Assembly: GCA_963709905.1 (NCBI GenBank)
Contig: CAVPYI010000018.1
Coordinates: 223,300-287,299, forward strand
Length of the DNA stretch: 64,000 bases
Reading direction: 5' to 3'
Origin: an uncultured Gemmatimonadales bacterium
GTDB taxonomy: Bacteria > Gemmatimonadota > Gemmatimonadetes > Gemmatimonadales > GWC2-71-9
The translations under genes and the position numbers were made by a program. Shown here piece after piece: positions 19,301 through 26,979 of the stretch (within the stretch, counting starts at the first letter, position 1; every line of letters begins with the position of its first letter). The notes under the pieces are model-generated. The model was not told the DNA's origin. It made no database searches and saw only the letters and a list, made by a program, of their open reading frames with translations.

Positions 19301-20498
19301 GGTCAACCAGAATCGAGCCGGGCTCTGCCCGAGTCATCAGCCGGGCGGCGAGGTTGACCGGTTCGCCCATCACACCGTAGCAGCGGCGCTCGGCGCTGCC
19401 GCAGGCGCCGGTCCACACCGGTCCCTGGCTGATCCCGATGCGAGTCACCGGTACGAATCCGAGGGCGGCGGGCGGATGCTGCAGCGCCAGCGCCGCGGCG
19501 GCGGCGCGATCGGCGGCATCTTCCTGGGCCACCGGTGCCCCGAAGGCGGCGTAGGCGTTGGTGCCCTTGTCGCCGATGGTGAGCTGGATGACGGCGCCGC
19601 CCAACCCGCCAATGGTCGCCTGCACCCAGCGGACCCAGGCGTCGAGCCGCTGGCCAACCCGCGGGTCGCCCTCCCAATCGAGCCCGTCGAGACTGACGAA
19701 GAACGGCACCGCCTGACGCAGATCGCCGAGGAATCCGGCGCCAGCGGCGAGCTGCTCGGCCACGGCGGGGAGCAGCCAGTGGCGCGCGGTGTCCTCCGTC
19801 CCGGACGGCGCCAGCGGAGGCCACGGGGATGGCGGCGCCGGGGCGGCGACCGCCAGCACCGGATGCGCGTCGCCTCGGCCGCCGCCGAGTGGCCGGCCGG
19901 GGCCGGACTGGAAACCGGGCGCGAGGGCGTCGCGGGCCGCGTCGTCTACCAGGATCTCGCCGGCCACCGCGACCTGCTCCACAGCAGCCATCCGGTCGAG
20001 GGTTGGTCCGGCGAGGGCCTCGAGCAGGGAGTGGGCCGGATCGCCGACCGCCAGGCGGCGGGCTGGGCCGGCGGCGACCGCGACCTTGATGCCGAGGGCC
20101 ACCTCGCCGGGCGCCGGTGGCAGGGCGGCCGAGAGTTCCCGCATGGCCGCCTGCATGCCGACCGCCGCGGTGACCGCCCGGAGGACGGCGGGGGGATAGC
20201 CTGACAAACCAGCCGGGGCGTCATCGAACCAGCAGGTGATCGAGTCGCCGGCGAAACCCACCACCGCTCCGGCATGCTGATGGATGACGGCGATCAGCCG
20301 GTCGTACACCCGATTGAGGCGGGAGAGCAGCTCCTCGGCGCCACGCTTCCCCCCCTGCTCCGCCGCCAGCGTGCCGGCGAGCGCGGTGAAGCCGGAGATG
20401 TCGGCGAACAGCGCCGCGCCGGCGCAGCGATCGGGAAGCTGTTGGCCGGCGGCCAGGGCGTGGCAACGGTCGAGCGACAGGAACGGCCGCAGATCCAT
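16359..20498 (-). CDS. Tandem class III cyclase-homology domains + AAA/STAND ATPase + TPR-like C-terminal array (1379 aa)
   Basis: CHD1: LFADISGFTAL, FAGDSITCWF. CHD2: TIGDKGTNAYAAFG, RIGISQGPVWTGACG, YGVMGEPVNLAARLM. Walker A: LDGPAGIGKSRLAAE. About 600 aa of helical-repeat C-terminus. No HTH was seen. Confidence 0.9.
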   Translation of the reverse strand: MDLRPFLSLDRCHALAAGQQLPDRCAGAALFADISGFTALAGTLAAEQGGKRGAEELLSRLNRVYDRLIAVIHQHAGAVVGFAGDSITCWFDDAPAGLSGYPPAVLRAVTAAVGMQAAMRELSAALPPAPGEVALGIKVAVAAGPARRLAVGDPAHSLLEALAGPTLDRMAAVEQVAVAGEILVDDAARDALAPGFQSGPGRPLGGGRGDAHPVLAVAAPAPPSPWPPLAPSGTEDTARHWLLPAVAEQLAAGAGFLGDLRQAVPFFVSLDGLDWEGDPRVGQRLDAWVRWVQATIGGLGGAVIQLTIGDKGTNAYAAFGAPVAQEDAADRAAAAALALQHPPAALGFVPVTRIGISQGPVWTGACGSAERRCYGVMGEPVNLAARLMTRAEPGSILVDQRIARSAGRHRFSAPTPVAIKGRSDPVPIATLLGRAEHGPGDGDRPVAELVGREPELARLEPLFATTASGGRHGIVLDGPAGIGKSRLAAEVAVRAQRAGLRLLRGAGDPVERHRAYHGWQSVFGTLLGVDRGSADDPKLRDAVLARLRDLGPSFERHAPLLNVVVPLGVDETPVTARMDAAVRAENTLDLLAGLVEVLAGGPALLLLEDVHWFDSASWALLAVVRRRTPALLIMVVSRPVDERAVPGIPPALEELLRAPDTVSLHLDALPAATAVALACGRLGVTALPARIAALIERRAEGNPLYVEELVDALVERGVIRVEAGRCHWDESAGDPATLLPDTLEGLVTSRLDRLGPVSRRAAKVASVIGRVFPARLLNAVYPIEEERSAIPAALEELARSEIIRQASEPEPSYTFKHAITHDAVYGTLLFAHRQELHRAVAQWYETQDADLAPLYPVLAHHWDRAEAAVEAVRYGELAGEQALGSYANREAASFFTRVLARLDGLPPDSAGAQALRRARALRRLGEATNSLGDTAVASTRLEDALAALGHPWPQSRLRLLGMLCGAMLRQGVHRIRSTDAAAPSPREAIERTEMAGTLGTLIRTFYPTGNILGAVTANFHALNLAERAGGGPEVAGDLATAYTNVGATLDNVLGLHRVAARYYERARAVAVTAGNLPALANLEKIRGMIFMMTRRLDQAPATFERAAELHLELGDSRGWEEVCYSNAGRALACGDLREALALMEGVVASARRRDSPQSAMLGLAQLGLVLLRLGRLEEAVAAVDESRAIPTREPFPAERIYATGVLGLARVLQGDTEIVLPLLEEVATLSQEVGLSVIAAEGYVAAGEAAVLRLETPVAAGTPAEWERLLRVAAAVRPPLARTGRFMAALYTPPADRLAAAIAAARGRGRAALRLWRRSLARAAADGQRWDEAEAALALARAHPVPAERTGHLARARDLYTEMGAEERLRRLDRLPRIP

Positions 20499-20502
20499 CG
20501 AG

Positions 20503-21405
20503 CTACGGGCCGCGCCAGAGCCGCCGGCCCCAGCGCAACACGGGCCCCAGGAACCAGCGGGTCGACTTGATGGCCGGGTACACCGGCTCGCCGTGCAGGA
20601 CCCAGCCCCGGAGAAACGGGGCCGCGTTCCAGTCGGCGGCCTCGTGGTAGAGACGCAGGAGGTGGGGATGGATCAGAATCTCGTCCAGGCAGAACGCCGC
20701 CGCCTCCTGCAGCAGATGACCGCGGTGCATCACGTGCCGGATGCCCTGCCGGGAGAGCGGATAGTCGTCGGGGTAGAAATCGGGGAGATGAACCAGGGCA
20801 TCAACGGACGGGAGACGAGGATCGCCGAGGAAGCGCCCGAGCTTGCCGAACTCGACCCCCTCGATCATCGCCTGGGCGTAGAGCAGCCGGTACAACACGA
20901 CGTTGAGGAAGACCTGTTCCGGGCGGTTCTCCTGGTGCGCGGCGGTCAGGTGCCGGTCGTAGCCGGTGACGATACTGGCGTTGTGGGCCCGGTACCAGCT
21001 CTGCCCGCCGGGCCCGCGGATGTAGGCCATCCAGAACCCGACCGCCGGCTCGGCGGTAGCGGGATCGAGCCCGGCGTCGTGGCCCAGGGCGGCGAGTTCG
21101 CCTTCATATAGGAAGGAGAGGTTGACCTCTCTCCACCAGCGACTGCCGGCGGGGCCGCGGGAACCGTCCAGCGGATTGAGCACGCCGCGGCGGATCTCCC
21201 AGCGCATGAAGTCGAGTTCGGAGCGGCCGTAGCCGAATTCGTAGTCGGGATCGGTGGGCGAGACCTGGGCGGCGGCGGCGAGATGGTGCGGAAAGCCGAA
21301 GCGGCGATAGAACGCCATGCGGAGTTCGAGCCGGCGGTCGGGGTCGTCGGCCACCGCCTCGGTGGCCTGCCGCGCACGCGCCGCCAGCTCGTCCCAGGTC
21401 GTCAT
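20503..21405 (-). CDS. Hypothetical protein (300 aa), no family recognised
   Basis: High-GC3 ORF from the internal Met (MTTWDELAARARQ...). It ends 4 nt before the cyclase-STAND start and begins 28 nt after the receptor stop. Confidence 0.65.
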   Translation of the reverse strand: MTTWDELAARARQATEAVADDPDRRLELRMAFYRRFGFPHHLAAAAQVSPTDPDYEFGYGRSELDFMRWEIRRGVLNPLDGSRGPAGSRWWREVNLSFLYEGELAALGHDAGLDPATAEPAVGFWMAYIRGPGGQSWYRAHNASIVTGYDRHLTAAHQENRPEQVFLNVVLYRLLYAQAMIEGVEFGKLGRFLGDPRLPSVDALVHLPDFYPDDYPLSRQGIRHVMHRGHLLQEAAAFCLDEILIHPHLLRLYHEAADWNAAPFLRGWVLHGEPVYPAIKSTRWFLGPVLRWGRRLWRGP

Positions 21406-21433
21406 GGCTCGCCCGAGCCTGCCGCGACCAGAC

Positions 21434-24085
21434 TCAGAACGAGACCCGGAGGCGGGAGGTGATGAGCCGCCCGATGTCGGGGGTGCCGATGAACTCGGCG
21501 TGCTCGTGGTCGAGCACATTCAGCACATCGACGGAGAGCCAGGTCTCGAGCGCCCAGGGGATCCGCACGCCGACGCCGGCGTCGAACACCGCGAACGCCG
21601 GTACCCGGCCGACGTAGGCGGGTGAACTCACCGAGAAGGCGGCGGTGCCCCGGGCGCGGAGCGAGGCCCGGTAGCCGCCGGGATCGTCGCGCCAGTCGAT
21701 GCCGAGGTTGCCCTTGTGTCGCGGCGCCTGGAACAGCAGGAAACCGGCGTTGCCGCCGAGGTCGGTGGAGTCCTTGCTGGCGTAGGAGTAGCCCGCGGTC
21801 ACCGACAGCCGTTCCGACGCTCGCCAGCCGAGGGTGAAGTCGACGCCCCAGAACTGGTAGCGCCCGCCCTGGGTCGCCGGCTGGAAGATCAGCAGGTCGG
21901 CGCCCGGCACTTCGCGGGGCGAGATCGTCCCGACCGGAATGGTGGCCACCGCGGCTGCCACCGCCTGGGCCTGCGGTGCGGGCATGTACTGGCCCAGGTA
22001 CTGGGTCAGGGTGACGGGCTCGTAGAACACGTTGGGCGTGTTGACGCTCGAGGTGGTCGCGAAGACCCGGCTGGCGCGGGTGTAATAGAAGTCCACGGTC
22101 GTGAACAGCCGTTCGGTGAGGTAGCCCTTGTAGCCGGCCTCGAGCGAACTCTCCACCGTGCGCCGCACCGGGGCCACGTCCAGCACCTGGGCCGCGGTGA
22201 CCGGAGTGAAGGTCTGCAGGGCGGGATTGAGCAGCGCCAGCTGGCTGCCGACGTCGGCGGCGGTCGGCGGGGGGATGCCTGACAGATCCACCCCCTGGGC
22301 CTGCATCAGGGCGACGATCGCCGGCCAGGCCAGGGTGGCATCGGCGGGGGTGGTCACGATCTGGCCGCCGGCGAACGCCGCCGGGATCCGCATGCAGAGC
22401 CCGCCACAGGAGCGATCGAAGGTGAAGCCCTGCCCCGCCGATCCTTCGAGCCGGAGCGAGAACGGCAGCGGGCCCAGCGGGCCGAGGTCGAGGTCGGGGA
22501 ACAGCGCCCGGGCGGACGGCTGAGCGAAGGAGCGACTCCAGCCGGCGCGCAGCGCGTGGTTGGGGGTCGGCTTGATGACCACGGCGGCGCGCGGCGAGAG
22601 GAAGAACGCGTCGGCCAGGCGGTTGTGGTGGTCGAGCCGGAGCGCGCCGCTCAGCTCCACCCGCGGTCCGGCCGCGGCGCTGGCATGGAGGTAGCCGCCG
22701 GTCTCCCGGAGGTCGTCGTCGTTCTCGAACCGTCCGTTGAGGATCCCGCCGGTGCGGGGAATGCCCCAGCGGAAGTCGCCGCCGGCGAGGAGCCGGAGCG
22801 GGCCCCGCTCGGTGCGATACTGGGCCTGGGCAGCGAAGCGCCGGGAGTTCTCCTTGAGGTAGGCGCCGCTCCGGAGGTTGTACACGTCGCCGGCGTCGCT
22901 CAGGTCGAGCATGAGGTTGGCGAAGAGATGGGGATGTTCGAGCCGAGTCTGGAAGAAGGTCGACCGCCAGCCGGTGGATTGAGCGGCACCGGCTTCCGCT
23001 CCGGTCTCCACCCCCACGCCCCGGCTGACACCGGCGCTGGTCACCAGGATGGCGCCCGGCGCCACCATCCAGTCAGCCCGGGCCTCCGACTGGAACACCC
23101 GGGTGTCGGGTCGCCGCCGGCCGATGAGCAGGGTATCCGCCTGGGCGCCGGCTGCCAGCGCCTGAGCCCGCAACTGGGCCTCGACCGGATCGGTGTAGTG
23201 CCACTCATCGGCCCGGGCGTAGCGGGCCGACAGCTTGACCCCGACCCGGGTGCCCACCCGCCGGGAGAGCCGGAACGAGCCGTCGGCGTAGTTGCGCTGC
23301 CCGCCGGTGAAGCTGAGATGGGTCTCGGGCTCGCCCAGCGGCGAGCGGCTGATGAAGTGGACGATGCCGCGGCGACTGTTCGGGCCGTAGATCACGGCAC
23401 CCGGTCCCCGGACCACCTCGATCCGGTCCAGGTCATCGGTCGTGGCGGGGATCAGGCCGGCGTTGTTGTACTCCAGCACCGGCAGCGAGGCGTAGCGGTA
23501 GTCCGACAGCATCAGCAGGTCGGACGCCGTCACCGACCGCGGGCCGCGGGCGCTGAAGGTCTGGCTGAAGAATCCCTTGGAAGCGTAATCGACGCCGGCG
23601 ACGTCGCGCAGGTGATCGGCGAGGGTGGGGGCGACGGTGGTGAGCAGCTTTTCGCGGGGCACGACGGTTACGGCGGTGGGGCTCCTGAGCGCGGTCTCCA
23701 GCGCCAGGTTGGCGGTAACCACCAGCGGCTCGAGCTGCAGCGCCCGCTCTTCCAGCCGGACGTCGAGGCTCTGGTCCACCGCCCCGACATCGATGGGATT
23801 CTCGATGGGAGTAAAGCCGATGCGCGAGACCTGAATCAGGTAGCTGCCGGGCGATACCTGGGCGAGGCGAAACCGTCCCCGGCCATCGGTCTCGGCGGCG
23901 GCGACGGACTGCCCTTCCATAATAAGGAAGACCCGGGCTCCCTCCAGCCGGGCGCCGGTGGCCGAATCGGTGACGATGCCGCCGACCCGCGCGGTCTGCG
24001 CCGCGGCACCGTCGGCGAGCAGCACGAGCCCCAGCAGCGCGAGAGAAGCACGAAGCCAGATTGCACCGGCACCACAACGGGGCAA
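21434..24085 (-). CDS. TonB-dependent receptor with a carboxypeptidase-regulatory-like N-domain
   Basis: Signal LALLGLVLLADGAAAQ, CarbopepD_reg-like GIVTDSATGARLEGARVFL, plug region and a long beta-barrel ending ...SRLRVSF. A TTG start at 24085 preceded by aggaggga is inferred; the ORF is open to 24163. Confidence 0.9.
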   Translation of the reverse strand: MPRCGAGAIWLRASLALLGLVLLADGAAAQTARVGGIVTDSATGARLEGARVFLIMEGQSVAAAETDGRGRFRLAQVSPGSYLIQVSRIGFTPIENPIDVGAVDQSLDVRLEERALQLEPLVVTANLALETALRSPTAVTVVPREKLLTTVAPTLADHLRDVAGVDYASKGFFSQTFSARGPRSVTASDLLMLSDYRYASLPVLEYNNAGLIPATTDDLDRIEVVRGPGAVIYGPNSRRGIVHFISRSPLGEPETHLSFTGGQRNYADGSFRLSRRVGTRVGVKLSARYARADEWHYTDPVEAQLRAQALAAGAQADTLLIGRRRPDTRVFQSEARADWMVAPGAILVTSAGVSRGVGVETGAEAGAAQSTGWRSTFFQTRLEHPHLFANLMLDLSDAGDVYNLRSGAYLKENSRRFAAQAQYRTERGPLRLLAGGDFRWGIPRTGGILNGRFENDDDLRETGGYLHASAAAGPRVELSGALRLDHHNRLADAFFLSPRAAVVIKPTPNHALRAGWSRSFAQPSARALFPDLDLGPLGPLPFSLRLEGSAGQGFTFDRSCGGLCMRIPAAFAGGQIVTTPADATLAWPAIVALMQAQGVDLSGIPPPTAADVGSQLALLNPALQTFTPVTAAQVLDVAPVRRTVESSLEAGYKGYLTERLFTTVDFYYTRASRVFATTSSVNTPNVFYEPVTLTQYLGQYMPAPQAQAVAAAVATIPVGTISPREVPGADLLIFQPATQGGRYQFWGVDFTLGWRASERLSVTAGYSYASKDSTDLGGNAGFLLFQAPRHKGNLGIDWRDDPGGYRASLRARGTAAFSVSSPAYVGRVPAFAVFDAGVGVRIPWALETWLSVDVLNVLDHEHAEFIGTPDIGRLITSRLRVSF

Positions 24086-24187
24086 CTCGGCCTCCCTCCT
24101 CGGATTTACGATTTGGGTATGAAGGGTGTGGGAAACGGGGACTAGGATACCGTCCGGCGCCACGAAGCGCTAGGGCGGCGGTTCTCG

Positions 24188-24229
24188 GAGAAGTGAGAAG
24201 TGAGAAGTAAGAAGGGAGAAGTGAGAAGT
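24188..24229. repeat. Six tandem GAGAAGT (GTGAGAA) heptamers
   Basis: gagaagt x3, aagaagg, gagaagt x2, in the divergent gap between the receptor and the CxxCH-protein gene. Confidence 0.85.
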
Positions 24230-24290
24230 CAGGGGTAAGAGGATGGCGGAACGGTCCGGGGCGAGTAGGTTCGTGGGGGGCTATGGTCCC

Positions 24291-24311
24291 CTTCTCACTT
24301 CTCACTTCTCA
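24291..24311. repeat. Three tandem CTTCTCA heptamers (reverse complement of the 24188 array), ending 1 nt before the ATG at 24313
   Basis: cttctca x3. They can form about 21 bp of perfect pairing with 24188-24208. They lie between the in-frame ATGs at 24283 and 24313. Confidence 0.85.
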
Positions 24312-24312
24312 C

Positions 24313-25515
24313 ATGCCAATCTCCCCTCCAGTAGGACTGGCGCTGGCGGCGGCTTTTGCGGTGGTCACGGCCGGCGCTGCGACGTTTGGACGGATGGCGG
24401 ACCGCCGGTTCCCGGAGGCCGGGATGCCGGTGCTGGCGGCGAGTCGCGACGCCTGTCCGCTCACGCCGGCCCAGACCCGGAAGGCGGTGGAGGCCTTCGA
24501 GGAGATGATGCCGGTGCTGATGCATCCCCGCTGCCTCAACTGCCATGGCGGGGTGGATCCGTTCGTGGAGCCGAGCGAGGGGAGCCATGTGGGCGGGAAA
24601 ATGGACAGCCGGCCGCGGCGGATCGCCCAGTGCCAGGAATGCCACGACGGGCTCCCGGGGTGGGACGTGCCGGTGGACGTGATGTTCTTCGTGGGTAAGA
24701 GCGCCCGGGAGCTGTGCATGCTGTTCAAGCGGACCGAGCCCGACGGGGCCCGGTTCGTGGGCCACATCGAGCACGAGAACGGCGGGATCCAGTTCGTCGA
24801 AATGGCGTTCCGGGGTGACCGGGCGCTCAACGAGGGAGCGAAGTCGATCTACCAGATCGAGACCGGGCGGGCGTTGGTGATCGAGCCGCCGCCCGGTACC
24901 CACCGGGAGCTGGTGGCCCAGGCACAGGCGTGGGCCGACGCGGTGGGCGCGGGATGGACCGTCATGCCCGACTGCGGCTGCAAGCCGACCAGCGGCGCCT
25001 GGGTCGGCACGGTGAACGTGGTGTTCGTGCTGCAGGCCGCAGAATTGGGCACCGTGACCGAGACCTTGAAGTCCACGGTCCGGCTGGAGATCGACTCCAG
25101 CTTCACCGATGACCCGGCCCAGTATTTCAAGTCGGTATCGGGGACCATCAAGTGGCACTCCCAGTGGGTGGGCAAGTGCAGCGCCAACGCCTCGGGCACC
25201 GTTCCGATCGGGATCGGCGCCGACGACAACCCGATGGCGATGATGCACGTGGCGGATCAGACCGACGGCAACGGTACCCGGTACAACGTGTCCCTCGGTC
25301 CGTGGCCGGACCAGTACCAGCCCCGGTTCATCGTCCGGTGCGGGGACTCGCACTCATTTCCGGGACTCCTGTACGGCCTTGGCAACTGGTGGAATCATCC
25401 GGTCCCGGGGATGGTCTCGCCCGACGGCAAGACCCTCAAGGGCAGCTATCAGGCGCAGGTCGGCCCGAGTGCGACGGAGGTGTGGGAGTGGGATCTGAGG
25501 CTGGTGGAGGAGTGA
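24313..25515 (+). CDS. Secreted protein with two CxxCH haem-binding motifs (planctomycete-cytochrome-like N-domain) and an unknown C-terminal domain
   Basis: Motifs CLNCHGG and CQECHDG. Hydrophobic N-terminus GLALAAAFAVVTAGAA. An alternative start exists at 24283. Confidence 0.7.
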   Translation: MPISPPVGLALAAAFAVVTAGAATFGRMADRRFPEAGMPVLAASRDACPLTPAQTRKAVEAFEEMMPVLMHPRCLNCHGGVDPFVEPSEGSHVGGKMDSRPRRIAQCQECHDGLPGWDVPVDVMFFVGKSARELCMLFKRTEPDGARFVGHIEHENGGIQFVEMAFRGDRALNEGAKSIYQIETGRALVIEPPPGTHRELVAQAQAWADAVGAGWTVMPDCGCKPTSGAWVGTVNVVFVLQAAELGTVTETLKSTVRLEIDSSFTDDPAQYFKSVSGTIKWHSQWVGKCSANASGTVPIGIGADDNPMAMMHVADQTDGNGTRYNVSLGPWPDQYQPRFIVRCGDSHSFPGLLYGLGNWWNHPVPGMVSPDGKTLKGSYQAQVGPSATEVWEWDLRLVEE

Positions 25516-25521
25516 GGCTGA

Positions 25522-25602
25522 GGCGGACAGGGCGGACAGGGCGGACAAGGCGGACAGGGCGGACAAGGCGGACAAGGCGGACAAGGCGGACAAGGCGGAC
25601 AG
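25522..25602. repeat. Nine tandem GGCGGACAR nonamers
   Basis: Read directly. Starts 7 nt after the stop at 25515. Confidence 0.9.
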
Positions 25603-25634
25603 GAGTGACGGTCAGACGGCCACGGTAGTCGCGA

Positions 25635-25743
25635 GCTGGGAGCCGGGACGCCCCGCCGCGCGCTGACGTGCGCGCGAGAGGTCCGGCGCTCACACGCGAC
25701 GACCGCTCACGAAGGCGCGCTTCGGGGCATCCCGGCTCCCAGC
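25635..25743. other. Long-range hairpin (20-nt arms, 19/20 complementary) enclosing a smaller GC hairpin
   Basis: gctgggagccgggacgcccc (25635-25654) pairs with ggggcatcccggctcccagc (25724-25743). Inner hairpin cgcgcgc-tgacgt-gcgcgcg. It lies between the nonamer and heptamer arrays. Confidence 0.5.
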
Positions 25744-25792
25744 CCGCGCAGAGGGCGGACCCCTCGCTGCGCTCGGGGCAGGCGCGACGGGC

Positions 25793-25848
25793 GGCTGGAG
25801 GCTGACGGCCGATGGCTGACGGCTAACGGCTAACGGCTAACGGCCCGC
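25793..25848. repeat. Eight tandem GGCTRAC-type heptamers, led by GGCTGGA
   Basis: ggctgga ggctgac ggccgat ggctgac ggctaac x3 ggcccgc. Confidence 0.85.
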
Positions 25849-25879
25849 CGGTCCATCATTACATACCAAGGCTCATTCC

Positions 25880-26698
25880 ATGATCCCGTTCCGCTCGCTC
25901 CGCGTACTCGCGTTCATGGTCACGGCGACCGGGCTCATCGGCTGCCAGAAAGCGCGGACACCTACTGCGACCAGCGCCATGCTGCCGGTGGGTGACGTCC
26001 AGATCCACTACGAGATCCACGGGGCGGGAACGCCGGTCTTCCTCCTCCACGGCGGATCCGCGGACGCCGGTTCCTGGGCCAACCAGGTCCCCACCCTCTC
26101 CGCGCGGTACCGGGTGATCGCGCTGGACAGCCGCGGCCATGGCCGCTCCACCTACTCGGAACGGCCGCTCAGTTATGCGCTCATGGCCTCGGACGTGCTC
26201 GCGGTCATGGACAGTCTGGGGATCCGGCAGGCCCACGTCGTAGGCTGGAGCGACGGTGCCAACATCGGGCTGGAGCTGGCCATGCATCACCCCGAACGGC
26301 TGCTCAAGGTGATCGCCTACGGCGCCAACTTCGATCCCTCCGGTATCCGCGCCGACGCCATGGAGAACGAGAAGCTGACCCAGTTCCTGGCGGCCGCGGC
26401 CGCCAACTACCGCACGGTGTCGCCTGCCCCGGCGCGGTGGGACGCCCTCCTCGCCAACCTCGGCACGATGTGGGAGTCCCAGCCACGCTTCACTGCCGAG
26501 CAGCTCGGCCGCATCGCGATCCCCATCCTGGTCCTCGACGGCGAAATGGAGGAGGCCATCGATACTGCGCACACCCGGGAACTGGCTCGGCGGATCCCGA
26601 CCGCATCCCTCACCCTCATGCCGGGCACCGGACACTTCGCCCCTTGGGAGCAGCCGGCCAGGTTCAACGCCATTGTCATTGGCTTCCTGGACCAGTAG
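25880..26698 (+). CDS. Alpha/beta hydrolase lipoprotein
   Basis: Lipobox TATGLIGC. HGG oxyanion region (FLLHGGSADAGSW). Nucleophile elbow GWSDGA. C-terminal PGTGHF. Confidence 0.85.
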   Translation: MIPFRSLRVLAFMVTATGLIGCQKARTPTATSAMLPVGDVQIHYEIHGAGTPVFLLHGGSADAGSWANQVPTLSARYRVIALDSRGHGRSTYSERPLSYALMASDVLAVMDSLGIRQAHVVGWSDGANIGLELAMHHPERLLKVIAYGANFDPSGIRADAMENEKLTQFLAAAAANYRTVSPAPARWDALLANLGTMWESQPRFTAEQLGRIAIPILVLDGEMEEAIDTAHTRELARRIPTASLTLMPGTGHFAPWEQPARFNAIVIGFLDQ

Positions 26699-26703
26699 GG
26701 AGA

Positions 26704-26837
26704 GGCGGACAGGGCGGACAGGACGGACAGGGCGGACAGGGCGGCAGGGCGGACAGGGCGGACAGGGCGGACAGGGCGGAGGCAGGGCGGACAAGGCGGA
26801 CAAGGCGGACAGGGCGGACAGGGCGGACAGGGCGGAC
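26704..26837. repeat. About 15 tandem GGCGGACAR nonamers (a few units with 1-2 nt indels)
   Basis: Starts 6 nt after the stop at 26698. Contains runs of GGG separated by 6 nt. Confidence 0.9.
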
Positions 26838-26977
26838 GGCTGGAGGCTAACAGCTAACGGCTAATGGCTGACAGCTGACGCCTGACGCCTGACGCCTGAC
26901 GCCTGACGCCTGACGCCTGACGCCTGACGCCTGACGCCTGACGCCTGACACCCAACGCCCGACGCCCGACGCCCGAG
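26838..26977. repeat. About 20 tandem heptamers: GGCTGGA, GGCTAAC-type x5, GCCTGAC x10, GCCCGAC x3-4
   Basis: Read directly. Ends 3 nt before the dctM stop codon (26980-26982, minus strand). Confidence 0.9.
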
Positions 26978-26979
26978 CT

